Shown in pieces: positions 25,504-39,141 of a stretch of DNA of 64,000 bases; the stretch's first letter is position 1, and each line of letters opens with the position of its first letter. The notes beneath the pieces were generated by a model. The model was given only the letters and a program-made list of their open reading frames with translations. It did no database searches and was not told where the DNA came from. A program made the position numbers and the translations under genes. Source of the DNA: Octopus sinensis (Eukaryota); contig NC_043012.1 in NCBI RefSeq assembly GCF_006345805.1, forward strand, positions 248,001 through 312,000, read 5' to 3'.

Positions 25504-26365
25504 GTATGTATGTAGTATGTTTACATATATATACAATACATATATAATATATATATATGCATGCATGAATGTATGTATGTATATATACTCAGAAACACAT
25601 GCATACACAAACACAAACCTGTATACATACACACACATACATATATATGCATAAATCATTGGTAGCTACTAGAATATCTACCCTCTTTTGTGTATATACG
25701 TGCGTATGTATATAATGTATGTATGTAACAATGTATGTTTGCTCGCATACATGTATGTATGTATATACGAATGTTGGTATGAACGTATGTATATATGAAT
25801 GTATGCATGAATGAACAGGTATATGTGTATGTATGTATGATTGTATGCTTGTATGCATGTATGCATGTGTGTATGTTTGTACTCATATATGTATCAATGA
25901 ATGTATGTATTTATGTACGTATATAATATGTCTAATGTTTGTATGAATGAGATAGTGGATGAAAGCATGAGAGTGTCACTAGGTTTATTATAAATCTGTA
26001 TACACGTCCGTGTGTGTGTGTGTGTATATGTATGTGTGTGTGCGTGTGTGTGTGTGTATGCATGTGTGTGTGCTTGCGCGCATGCGCTAGTGACTCTATA
26101 TACATGACAAGGCTTGGCTATAGGCGTATTTAGTTGAACTGGAGATTATTCTACCTTTAATCATTACACAGGAATCACATTTCAAAGAGCCTCCGAAAAC
26201 GGTGTCCTTATTCTTTTAATCCCACCTCAAACAGAAAAGTAAGGTGTGCCTTCACTGAACAGAATGCTCCCAACAAAAGAATATGTAAAACTTTTGATAT
26301 TTCATGCCAAATAACAGAATCTGGCAGATTCTGTAATGGAAGCTTTACTCCTATTGTAAGTATGT

Positions 26366-26420
<55 letters not shown>

Positions 26421-26454
26421 TACGCATAAACACATACACACACACTCTTATAGT

Positions 26455-26461
26455 TAGATAA

Positions 26462-26510
<49 letters not shown>

Positions 26511-26519
26511 AAAAAATAA

Positions 26520-26583
<64 letters not shown>

Positions 26584-26613
26584 ATGGATGGACGGATAGA
26601 TAGACAGACAGAC

Positions 26614-26688
<75 letters not shown>

Positions 26689-26709
26689 CAGATAGATAGA
26701 TAGATAGAC

Positions 26710-26751
<42 letters not shown>

Positions 26752-26755
26752 GTAT

Positions 26756-26820
<65 letters not shown>
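26455..26820 (+). repeat. (GATA)n microsatellite
   Basis: About 365 bp of GATA/GACA units; other large GATA tracts at about 33315-33418, 38935-39105 and 42785-43035. Confidence 0.95.
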
Positions 26821-26821
<1 letters not shown>

Positions 26822-27337
26822 CTGTACGTGTGTGCGCGCGCGAGCGTGTGTGTGTGTAAGTGTGGATATGTGGTTGGAAATTTGCTTTCCACAGCTCTGG
26901 GTTCAATCTCACTATAAGGTGCGTGTTAGTTTTGTGAAGCCTTTCCTACTATACACCCACACCGACTCCTGTGAGAGGATTTTCTAGATAGAAACAGAAA
27001 GATGCCCATCTCATATATTCCATTTATATATAATTGTATTTATGTATATATGCATGTATGTGTGTTTGTATCTATCTATCTATCTATCTATCTCCCCCCT
27101 CTCTCTGTCCATATATATATACACACATATAATACACATATAGATATAAATTGCTTATGTACAACAGAAGCAATATAATTTCAAATACCAATACAAGTAT
27201 CATATATATATATATATATATATAGTCCCCTACTTCTATTAATTTCGAAAACAGAGATCTAATCTACAAATTAATTTATTAAGTAACATATTCATCTACA
27301 AGTGTTTCATTTCACGAGCAAAATTAAAACTATTAAT

Positions 27338-27397
<60 letters not shown>

Positions 27398-27399
<2 letters not shown>

Positions 27400-27800
27400 G
27401 GGAGAGTTTACAAAAAAAAAAACAAAAGACGAAGATAAGTGGTGTACAAAACAAACAGATGTATTAGTATTACGCTCAGGAATAGAAAAAGGCTATTACG
27501 TTTCGAGCCTACGCTCTTCTACAGAAAGAGACACAGAAAAAAACAAGGAGAGAATCAAGGAGAGAGAAAAAATGTGTGTAGTGGCTAACGATCTATCAAG
27601 GAGAGACACACAAATAAGAAAGAAGAAAGCAAAGGACCGCTGATGCGGTCACAGGAGTGTAGCGAAAGAACTCTGGCCGAAATAAGATTAAGATTAATAT
27701 AAAAAATAAATAACGCTGAAGCAAAGTAACACCAAATATATAGTGCGTGTGTTTTTATTGGCTAAACTGGCAAAATGACCATTCCTAAATACAACAATAT
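27398..27800. mobile_element. Back-to-back pair of different PLE-type ends, each with a hammerhead-like motif
   Basis: Minus-strand CTTT-CTGTAGA-A-GAGC-GTAG-GCTC-GAAAC-GTA at 27493-27528; plus-strand CTGATGC motif at 27634-27678; (TA)n on both outer sides. Confidence 0.6.
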
Positions 27801-27914
27801 ACATATATATATATATATATATATATGTGGTGGTGGAAGTGGTCTGCTCTTTATGTAGAGTCTAACGACCTCTTGTACCTTAGATCCATCATGGCGTCTG
27901 ATGTAGCTTTTTAA

Positions 27915-28614
27915 ACCAGAAAATGTTTTGAAAAGACACCTACATAGAGTGTTGGGTGTCAATCTGAGGACAGAGCAATCTGAGGACATGTACCGAGAGT
28001 GATAAAAATCAAACATTCAGTGAAGATCATTGTGTTTGGAGTGATCACTAGTGATGGCGACGTTATACCTCCATTCAACTTCCCACACGGCCTCAGCCTC
28101 AACACAGAGTCATAAATCAAGTGCCTGAAGGAGGTAGTGCTACCTTGGGTCAAGAGAGTGGCTGCTGGAAGACTCTATGTCTGACAACAAGACTCTGCAA
28201 GATGCCACACAAGCAGAAGAAACCAGTCATGACTGTCAGACAATTTCTGCGACTACATTATCACTAACATCTGGTCATCTAACTCACCAGACCGCAACCG
28301 AATTCATTATTATGTGTGAGGCGCAGTCGAGCAAGAGACCAGCAAAGCCACTTTGTAACACCAAAGATAAACAGAAAGCAAGGGTTATGGCAACATTCAC
28401 CAACTTAAACAAGGAGGCCATCCAGAAGAGTTGTAGGAGATTCTGAAGTCGTCTGGAGGCCGTGGTTGAAGCCAATGGCAATTTATTGAATACATTTACT
28501 CTTTAGTATTTCAAGATATTTTTATGTCATTTTGGTAAATACATCTGTTAAAATGAGATGTCTGTTATTTTCATTATTGCGTAATTTAGACGACAGTTTA
28601 TTCACCGCACCCTG
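27915..28614 (+). mobile_element. Degenerate DD37D (maT-like) transposon 3' part
   Basis: Catalytic region homologous to 15755-16108; right terminus ...TTATTCACCGCACCCTG|TA at 28614. Confidence 0.8.
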
Positions 28615-28989
28615 TATATATATATATATATATATATATAGTTCTACAGACATTATATATATAGTGACTCTGCATCTCATGATTTCCACTTGCAGAAGCA
28701 ATGCTGGTCATATGTTAAATGTTGGTAATATGTTAATAAGGGGGGAAAGAAGGACTGAACGCTGTTGTTTTTTTTATTGTGCAATATGAGTTCAACTCTG
28801 ATCATGCAACTCTATTACAAACAGCTTATAAGGCGGAGCGTTAGTTGTTCAAAGAGAGATTTAGTTATTTTTTCGTTCTACTCCAGATGAATATCTCCCC
28901 CTAACTGTGAATAATTAAGTACACTCCTACAACTAACAATGATGCATACAGCGAGCAACGTGACGCTGTGCATTTGATACACAGTTTCC

Positions 28990-30420
28990 AACACCTAGTA
29001 TAATTCTTTACGCCTACAGATTCTTGCAATGGTTGAAGAGGGGGCGGGAAATATAGGTATGGTGTATTTGATATCATATGCATCAAGGAAACAGGTTCGG
29101 TATTTCGAATCATTTGTTCTTCTTAGGATTTCTTGACTGGAAACAAGACGAGAGATTGTTGAACGTATCTACTTTATACAGCCAGAAGCATGATCCCATT
29201 ATTAATACTACGAGATTAATTTCAAAGTATAACTCTTTGCTTTTCCATTAGGGATTACGTAAATATAATGCGAGACTATTACAGCACTAGATACATTCTT
29301 TTTCAAGAAGCTGCAACAAGAATGCGCTTCACAATGCCCCTCGACGAATTTTCGTTCCCCATTAGCTTTGTCAAACCCTTCCCTTCTTGTTGTGTGTCTT
29401 CACCATGCACCGCATGGCATCTCTTCAGCCAGAAACCCATAAATCCCATCTGGTCCGGGGGCTTATGTTTTTTACATCACCAGTGCTTATGACAATATTC
29501 CTTTGCTTATTTCTTCCTTGTAATTCTGTATTGATAGTCCCTATCCACATTGCATCTCTTTTATACACCACATTGTTTCCCCATAATCCGCTCCAGATCT
29601 CCTTGGCTTGATTTGCATCAGGAGCAACATTTTCCCCATTCTCTGATTCTAACGTTACGAAGTACTTCGGGTTATTTTTGAACAATCTGTTCTCCTCGAA
29701 CTGCTTATTTCTGTTCACAGATCTTCTGATCTGGCTTTTTGCTATGATCCTCTTCCTTAATTGCTCTATTACTGCATCAAACCCGTTCTTCCGTAATTTA
29801 TATTTCTTCTCTAATTTTTCTCGTTCGGTCTTTTTTCCATTTTTCCAGTTTCCTCTTAACCATTGCTCAATTTTTCCTAGATCTTGCCTTGCCTGCATTA
29901 TGTCCCTGTCAATGCGTTGTTTCCACCATGGTTTTCTTGCTCCAACATTTTTTGTTCTCTTAAGTTGTAATTTCTCCCCAACAAGTAATGCAATAGCTCG
30001 GAGAAATGTCCTTGTTTGTGTTATGTCCTCCGCCTGGATGTGTGGTATGGCAGTATTTATCTTTTTTGTTACTTTATCATACACCTATCTACCCTTATTT
30101 AGTTGTTTCATTTCCCCTGCATGTCCACCCATCACAGTATCAGGGTTCACTGTATAATTTTCCTGTTCCTCATCCTTAACATCCCTATCACCATTTTCCT
30201 GTTTCTCCTGTCTACTCTTCTTTCTGCTTTCAACTCCAGCTTTGCTCTTTCGTGCATCGTACTCATCCTTCATCCACTTACGTCTCTTTTTACGTACACC
30301 ATGTATGTGATTTGTTGTGATACAACGATCGTCCGAGGCCAGATCACTGCGCCTGAAGCAGGCGGTTTCGGACGTGTCGTTAATTCTCGGCGTTAATTCT
30401 TTCATTGTAGAGTTGCATCA
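28990..30420 (-). mobile_element. R4/Dong-like non-LTR retrotransposon fragment (N-terminal region and start of RT)
   Basis: ORF 29425-30084 (KPWWKQRIDRDI...KKYKL...IEQLRKRIIAK...NRLF), then frameshifted PGPDGIYGFWLKR; upstream ORF 30085-30405 has RRKWMKDE. Confidence 0.75.
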
Positions 30421-30542
30421 TGATTTCATGAGTCGTTCGTGGGGGTTCCACGAGAGTTATTGAGATCCCACCTCTCTCTTCCTCTCTTTATTTGTATATA
30501 CACGTGAACATGCATGTACATACACATATATTATATATATAT

Positions 30543-30930
30543 AGGCGCAGGAGTGGCTGTGTGGTAAGTAGCTTGCTTACCAACCACATGGTTCCGGGTT
30601 CAGTCCCACTGCGTGGCATCTTGGGCAATTGTCTTCTGCTATAGCCCCGGGCCGACCAAAGCCTTGTGAGTGGATTTGGTAGATGGAAACTGAAAGAATC
30701 TTGTCGTATATATGTATATATATGTATGTATGTGTTTGTGTGTCTGTGTTTGTCCCCCTAGCATTGCTGGTGTGTTTACGTCCCCGTCACTTAGCGGTTC
30801 GGTAAAAGAGACCGATAGAATAAGTACTGGGTTTACAAAGAATAAGTCCCGGTGTCGATTTGCTCGACTAAAGGCGGTGCTCCAGCATGGCTGCAGCCAA
30901 ATGACTGAAACAAGTAAAAGAGAAAAAGAG
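30543..30930 (+). mobile_element. Family A SINE, full length
   Basis: Complete head, internal microsatellite and tail. Confidence 0.9.
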
Positions 30931-31394
30931 AGTGTATATAAACAACTTGCTTGCATTGAGTCGCCTCCAAAACCACAGTGATTATCATTCTCACCATCGT
31001 TAAACCTGTAGCATTTAAAAATATCAATAACATTACGGGTCCGGGTATATCTTAGTCACTTTTTATCTTAGTCAATATTTATCAAATACTAAGCAAGTTT
31101 TCTCCTTTCACTCTAAAGGCATTAACAGAAGTTGTAGATATTAAAGTTTTTAAAACTGATCGTTTGTGTGTTCGAAAACTGTAGATATGCAAGTTTCTTA
31201 TATCATTTTGAGAGAAACTTAAAGAACTCACAGGAAATTGTAGATATTACAGTCTTTGAGGGTTATTTTTCAGGTGTCCTGCTGGGTTGTATTAGTGTTT
31301 CGGTGTCTTCGATAGCTGACTGGTCAGTGCAGCAAAGAACACGTCCGTCCGCTGTCGAGGCGGCTGAACGATTATATTATTATTATTGGAAAAA

Positions 31395-31690
31395 TCGTTA
31401 GCACGCTGGGCGAAATGCTTACTAGTATTTCGTCTGTCGCTACGTTCTGAGTTCAAATACCGCCGAGGTCGACTTTGCCTTTAATCCTTTCGGGGGTCGA
31501 TTAAATAAGTACCGGTTACGCACTGGGGTCGATATAATCGACTTAATCCGTCTGTCTGTCCTTGTTTGTCGCCACTGTGTTTAGCCCCTTGTGGGTAGTA
31601 AAGAAATATGTATTTCGTCTGCCGCTACGTTCTGAGTTCAAATTCCGCCGAGGTCGACTTTGCCTTTCATCCTTTCGAGGTCGATTAAAA
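31395..31690 (+). mobile_element. Family B SINE with tandem partial re-duplication of its head
   Basis: Copy at about 31395-31607 followed by a repeat of GTATTTCGTCTG...GGTCGATTAAA at about 31608-31690. Confidence 0.8.
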
Positions 31691-31779
31691 TCCCTTTGTC
31701 CACTTTATGTTTAGTCCATTGTGGGCAATAAAGAAATAAATTATTATTCTTATTATTGTTGTTATTATTATTATTATTG

Positions 31780-31839
<60 letters not shown>

Positions 31840-31850
31840 TATTATTATAA

Positions 31851-31902
<52 letters not shown>

Positions 31903-31903
<1 letters not shown>

Positions 31904-32068
31904 GAGTGAGCGAGCAGAGCATGCCATCAAAGTGACACTGGAGTAAAATATACGAAACCCTGTATACCAACCATGACTACCCGTCTGATAAAGGTACACC
32001 AGGCACATGCTTCACAACCATTTGTGCGCGACATGGTGATGTCATATTAAGATAAACAGCGCATGACA
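31903..32068 (-). mobile_element. Retroposon 3' end (family D) with (AAT)n tail; second copy at 47204-47350
   Basis: About 145-bp shared segment ATTGAGTGA...GCATGCCATCAAAGTGACA...GCGCGACATGGTGAT, each abutting a long trinucleotide tract. Confidence 0.7.
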
Positions 32069-32146
32069 AAACAATGTACATGATAACACTTCCAATCAGT
32101 TAAGATCAGAAGCTATGAGAGCCACTGTCTGGTACTGCATCAGGGC

Positions 32147-32193
<47 letters not shown>

Positions 32194-33085
32194 TATTATT
32201 ATTATCATTATTATTATGGCTTTTCTACTCAAGGCAAGAGGCCCGAAATGTTAGGGGAGGGGACCAGTCGATTAGATCGACCTCCGGTGCGCAACTGGCA
32301 GCTACCATATAGAGTCGATAGAACGCTAGACCAAATTTGATCCGCCTTTACGTTCTGAGTTCAAATTCCGCGAAGGTCGACTGTGCTTTTCATCTTTTCG
32401 GAGTCGATAAAATAAGTACCAGTTGATGTATTCGACTAACTCATTCCTCCGAAGTTGCTGGTCTCGTGCCAAAATTTGAAACCAATAGTGACAGACAGAG
32501 GTGGAATGCATCCTCAATTCTCATTTTGACTTATTTCACACGGATATACTATAATTTATTCAAAGTCGAGTTTAACTACGACGACCGTAAGTTTAGTAGA
32601 TCTAGGTTTATCTCCTTTTAAACAACAACACTACCAACAGCAACAACAATAATAACAATAACAACAACATGTACAACTGCACATGCACATTACTATAACC
32701 GGCAGGATTCATTAATCCATAAGTCTCCTTCCCCCTCATAGCTCAGAGCAATTCGAGAGATTAACTAGATTTTTAAAGAGCAACGTAAACAAAGCGGGTC
32801 TTTGTAAACAACCATCCATTGATATGCAAAGTATTCTAGGCAAGTGTGTAACTATAAATGTATCAACAACTATAAAAAGAACAGCAACTACTACAACAAT
32901 AACTTATCAATATCTAAACAGCATGAACAACAACAATACAGACAGAAATATCTGAAGTATCTGTGAACATTGCTGAAATAGTTTCAATACCAACGCTAAT
33001 GGAAGTGAGAGACGGTTGCATATACGGGTAAACGAGAAGAAAACCATGTTTGTTTATTGTGGTCTTGGATATATATGTATATATA

Positions 33086-33790
<705 letters not shown>

Positions 33791-34088
33791 CACATACACA
33801 CACACATATATATATTTGTACACACATGTGCCTATGTACACTGACACACACATTTATATGTGTGTATGTGGGTATGTGTGTGTGTTTGAGTGTGTGCGTT
33901 TGCGTGTGTGTTTGTGTGTGTATGTGTGAGTGTAGGATGAGGTATGTATATGATTTTATACATACGCAAATAGACATAGAGGAGACGGACAGGTGTCATT
34001 CTAAGATCTAATTTAAGGCTGAACTAAATATTCGTGGTATTTAAGTCAACGTATTAATGTATATGTAATCGAATATATGTGTGTGTGA

Positions 34089-34126
<38 letters not shown>

Positions 34127-34200
34127 ATGAGAGCAAGAAGAAGCTACAGAAAGCGAAAACAAAGAGAGAATAAATGTATATACGTGTGTATACATATTCA

Positions 34201-34234
<34 letters not shown>

Positions 34235-34344
34235 GGGAGAGAGAGATACACATATATATATATATGTACAGGCATATACACATATAAATATACTACAACT
34301 ACGCATGATCAATAAGTAGCCAGACTGTCGCCGTAGTAATGAAG

Positions 34345-34908
34345 CTGAACCACTCAGAGTAAATCCGCTTCGCACAGACGAAAGCAGTTTTGGTACAAAC
34401 TTGGCAGACACGTGTCTCATACCCACATCTTCAGTGATAATGGACTGAACTGAGCCGTAATTAATCTGAACATCCTCTAATAAGTCGTGGACGGTGATTC
34501 AACGATTTCACCTCAAAGCTGCACGCACATCTGCGATGTATTCCTCAGTTTTGCTGGTTGCGGGTCTCCATGAACCTTCGTTAATATCGACATATTTTCG
34601 GCCATCTTGGAAACGTCTCGTACACTTGTACATTTGCGTGCAGCTCATACACTCCTCTCCATACACTTTCTGCAACTTTGTGAAGGCCTCTGAGCGGGTA
34701 TCGTCCTGACAACTTTTTCTGTCATGGTCAATGGGACGATCACACGCTACGCACATTCCTTCCAAGCACTGCTGTAAACAGCAGGAGTTTTGCCAAAATG
34801 TTAATAATTGGTGCTTATACACACCAGAGATAAAGGTCAATCTTTGCCAAGTGGCTTCACTCAGCGTGCTTTAGCTTCGTTACTATGGCAACAGCTGATT
34901 ACAGCTCG
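34345..34908 (-). mobile_element. Mariner transposon 5' fragment
   Basis: TA|CGAG terminus at 34908; EAFTKLQKVYGEECMS...RRFQDGR...SWRPATSKTEE, then MRHVSAKFVPKLLS (HTH region). Confidence 0.8.
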
Positions 34909-35194
34909 TATATATGTGTATATGTGTGTGTGCGCGCGCGTGCAAATTATCCACATTTTCACTTTAACATATCTTCATCATTTTCACACTGCCTTCTGCG
35001 CGTGCGTTTTTGTAGTTGGTACTATTGTGGCCACGTGATCGAAGTTTGAGCCTAATCGCGCCATTTTTCTTTCTGGCTTTACAGTGTAAGCATGGCGTCT
35101 CCACTAGCAATGTGCATCAAAGTAGAACAAAGAGCAGTGGCTTATTTACATTATTTACATTCGACGGATATTTGTCCTCATCTTGTTTGTTGTT

Positions 35195-35239
35195 AACACA
35201 ACGTTTCGGCTGGTATATACTCCAACCTTCTTCAGGTCT
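35195..35239 (-). ncRNA. Minimal type I hammerhead ribozyme in PLE-type end (about 35110-35280)
   Basis: AGAC-CTGAAGA-A-GGTTGG-AGTATATA-CCAGCC-GAAAC-GTT-GTGTT: canonical core, 6-bp stem II, loopless stem III, partly mismatched stem I. Confidence 0.65.
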
Positions 35240-35284
35240 GCCAGCGTTTAGACGATCGCTACAACAATGAGGAAGAGTGAGATG

Positions 35285-35590
35285 AAAAGTGGGTCCAGTA
35301 TTATGGGTCAGAATCAAAAAGCAGAGTATGGAGTGGTAACATCGTGACTCGCCAGTGACGAAGAGATTCAAGACTCAGAATCTCGTGGGAAAGGTGAATA
35401 CTAACCCTTTTGGGGCACTCAAAAGGGCCTATACTGGAAGACAGGCTGAAAAACGGGTGTACGAACAACAGTGCAAACCTATTGTTGAAGAAAGTTTTGT
35501 TGTCGCATAACAATACACGCCCACACATGGCCACTCAGACCGTTGAAACCATTAACCAATTGGGTTCTGAGGTGCTGGAACACCCTACCT
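35285..35590 (+). mobile_element. Mariner transposase catalytic-domain fragment
   Basis: KKQSMEW.HRDSPVTKRFKTQ, KGPILEDRL, LSHNNTRPHMA, INQLGSEVLEHPTY. Confidence 0.7.
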
Positions 35591-36329
35591 ACACGCACAC
35601 ACACTTACGCACGCGCACATACGCACACATACATCTACACATAATGATGATAGTTTATCTGTCAAATTCCCCGATGACCAAGCAAGTGTCAAGAAATAAA
35701 TAACGAACAAGTAAATAAATAAATACACGAATAAATAAAGGAAAGAGAAAGAAATAAAGAAGGAAACTTAAGATGATGCTTGGAATTATTATGATTATCC
35801 GTTGGTAGTTAATGAAGGCATAGTCTTCAACCATACTTCACCTAAACAGGGGATACATCATGAGAATCGGAACTGTTTTCCCACCTGTGGTACATCGTGT
35901 ATGAACTTGACGCTACAAAAAATTAGTTTAGCTTCATTGTTGCAGATATAGAGAATACCACAACTACCGTAAAAAGGAATATATGAACATAAATTGGCGA
36001 TCTGGCAAGTTCTGCACCATGCAATCTTTCTTGACAGAAATGCTGGACAAGTTCACATTGAGAATCACTCTCCCGTTCTCACATAATTTGTCCAGTCGGG
36101 AACGCTCAGCTTCTATGAGAATGTAGGAGAATGCCAAAATAACTTTTACCTGTACCTGTTTATATGTACGTGTTCATATGTGTGTGTGTGTGTGCGTCTG
36201 CGTGTGTGCGCGCGCATCTGTGTACGTGCGTGTGGGTGGGTGGATGTGTGTGCGTGCATCTCTGTGTATGTGTGTGTTTTATTGATAACATCTAGAAGAA
36301 GGTGCTTCTTTACCACTGGCCCAAATGAA

Positions 36330-37150
36330 TGGAGCTTCGATCAGAAGGAACTGATGTCATCAGACAACATCTCACCACCATCGGATGTTTCGATCCTGAA
36401 ACCATAACACCCATCCGTTTGTGGGTCAGCAGAGGTGGCCAAATTTCTGTTCATTATCTTCTCCTGATTTCCTTTTTTTTATTTCTATCTCTTGCTCCAT
36501 AACCAGCTAGAGTCTCTTTCTGCTGTCTCACCCATCCTGCACACAGTCATCCTTCACTCTATTTCTCTCATTCCAATGGTTGTAAGTATCCATGCCAACT
36601 GAGCAACTGAGTAGGGAATCCCCTAACCCCCGACTAAGAAAGACATGACTGCCATCCCTTCCTGCAAGCCTGCCGAAGGCTCTCGTTTTTGGCACGATTC
36701 AATTCGTAGGCCTCGTCACACCATATTTACCAAGGGACTGTAAGCTCCATCATGATAATTTTCCTTGTGTTTTTAAATCACGGATCTACATGTGGCCTCA
36801 GGATCATAAGAACGACACGGAGTAACTGCAGTCTTTCCCCCGGGCCCACTTTCATATCTTATGATTGGGACCTGTGTCATTTTTTCAGTCCTCACTGGCT
36901 TTTCTCCTTCTTTAACGAACTTGATTGCTGTTATCTTCTCATGATGATGATGTTTCCTAAGCCATTTCTGTTTCAGAGTGTGAGTCTGTGTTGCAAGTAC
37001 CTTGACACGGCGCCACTTGTATCTCCCTTGAGTAACTGCTGATAAAATGTGTGCGACGGTGCCCCTTTCTGCACAAAGTCTACACAGATGGTCCGCCTTC
37101 AAACTCCTTTTGTGCAAGTATTTTTGGCGTTAGAAACGTGTCATACACCG
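36330..37150 (-). mobile_element. R2-superfamily (HERO/NeSL-like) non-LTR retrotransposon 3' fragment
   Basis: CRLCAERGTVAHILS..QGRYKWR..VL zinc-knuckle region followed by frameshifted REL-endonuclease-like remnants. Clade is inference. Confidence 0.65.
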
Positions 37151-37159
37151 TCCACAACC

Positions 37160-37310
37160 GACTTTTTCAATTTCTGTCTATCCAATCCACTCACACGGCT
37201 TTAGTCTGCCCAGGGCTACAAGCAAAGACACTTGCCCAAGTTTCCACGCAATGGGACTGAACCCGGACGCATAAGGTTGAGAAGCAAGCTTCTTAGCACA
37301 CAGTTACGCC
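37160..37310 (-). mobile_element. Family A SINE head fragment
   Basis: ACACTTGCCCAAG...GGGACTGAACCCGG matches the family A head. Confidence 0.7.
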
Positions 37311-37781
37311 ACTCCGTATTTTGCGTTCAGGATATATGACGTCATTCTAGTTGTTTGCCTTGCCCCATGGTTTCCAAATCAACAAGGTAATATGTTGCTA
37401 CCTGCACCAGTTGCCCCCAGCTGCTGTTGTAACTGCGTTTGAAGCTGCGGACATGAAGGTTACTAATCTCTTACATGCTACATTTCAGTGAAATGAAAAC
37501 ATGCTAATAACCATATATGCATATTTAATGAGCATATGTACAGGTTGTTGGGTGGCCATTGACATCCTGGAGTTCATGTGCCCTTTGACAGGACTTGTTT
37601 TTCATTATTGCAGGGTGTCCTAAATAATATGATCATACAAAATGATACGTGAAATCTTATACAAATACATGTGTCAGTGTGTGTGTGTGTGTGTGTGTTC
37701 GTTCGTGCGTGGGGTGGGGTGGGGATGCGTGAGCGTATTACATCAATACATAGATAGATAGATAGATAGATAGATAGTTAA

Positions 37782-37833
<52 letters not shown>

Positions 37834-37924
37834 TCATATACGCACTTACACAAATATATTTACATGATTATTTGTATTCTTGCAAATAGTGTATATGTAT
37901 ATTTATATATACAGATGTGTGTAA

Positions 37925-37962
<38 letters not shown>

Positions 37963-38000
37963 TTACATGTATACATATATATATTATTCAGAGAAGAATA

Positions 38001-38526
38001 GAGGGTACATTCAAACACATAAGAGATATCCCAAAAATAGGATATCTGACTCACTAGAAAGAGCAGTTAAACTCCAAACCACTAATTGATGTAATTCCGA
38101 AAGTGAATGAAAAATAAAAACGTTTACCTTATTATCCTAGACCATGCACCGCGCAAATGCGGAACTCACCGGCAACAAATAAATAAATTGCCGATTTTCT
38201 TCACTGCCGGCGAGTTCAGCATTTGCTCGGTGGATTCGAAAAATTAAGGCGTATAGACACGTGGCGGGTTATTTATCACTCCGTATCTATGTGTTCGGTC
38301 CTGGCAACCTACTGAAGAAGCAGCGCCGGATATAGATTGAAATTATTTTATTTCAATCTGTATTTACGTCTGTAGAAACCATGCATGGTCTAGGATAATA
38401 AGGTAAAAGTTTTTATGTTTTAATCATTTTTGGAATTACAATTAGTGGCTTGGAGTTTAACTGCTCTTTCTAGTGAGTCAGATATCTTATTTTTTGGATA
38501 TCTCTTATGTGTTTGAATGTACACTG
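38001..38526. mobile_element. MITE with about 150-bp TIRs and TA target site (Tc1/mariner-type)
   Basis: Arms about 38001-38147 and 38383-38526, terminus (C/G)AG(T/G)GTACATTCAAACACATAAGAGATATCC, TA at 37999-38000 and 38527-38528; non-coding. Confidence 0.85.
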
Positions 38527-38624
38527 TATTCTTATATATATATTCTTGGAAATGGATGCGTGGCATTCAATTGAATATTAAATTGTAAATAATATATAGT
38601 ATATATACACACATGTATATATGA

Positions 38625-38830
38625 GTATATGACGTCACCAACGGTTCAAACAACATGAAATACATAAACAATGAGAAAAAATGGAAAACGGGACGAGTAA
38701 ACACAGAGAAAGGACCCTTCGTCAGTTGTCGGCTGTCTGTCTACTCCTCATTTCGAACATTCAACGACAATATGACTCTTCAAAGACAGTTGCTCCCATC
38801 AATTCTATAATAAAATTTAGGATTTATGGA
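38625..38830 (-). mobile_element. PLE-type end with degenerate hammerhead relic (38737-38789)
   Basis: CTGTC-T-TTGAAGA...GAAAT-GAGGA-GTA-GACAG; 3' end homologous to about 24975-25045. Confidence 0.45.
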
Positions 38831-38963
38831 GGGTCAAAGCTGGGAGCAAAAACATGACAGCGGAGACATACAAGGAAACCGAACGAAAGCAAACATGGAG
38901 AAGAAAATAGTGAATACTGCAAGAAACATTCTTATATAGATAGATAGGTAAGTAGATAGATAC

Positions 38964-39019
<56 letters not shown>

Positions 39020-39022
39020 GTT

Positions 39023-39105
<83 letters not shown>

Positions 39106-39110
39106 TGATC

Positions 39111-39141
<31 letters not shown>

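Noticed and set aside
31300-31350. Possible minus-strand hammerhead (CTGACCA...GAAAC)
   Set aside because: G8 is broken without compensation at position 3, and stems I and II do not pair in register.
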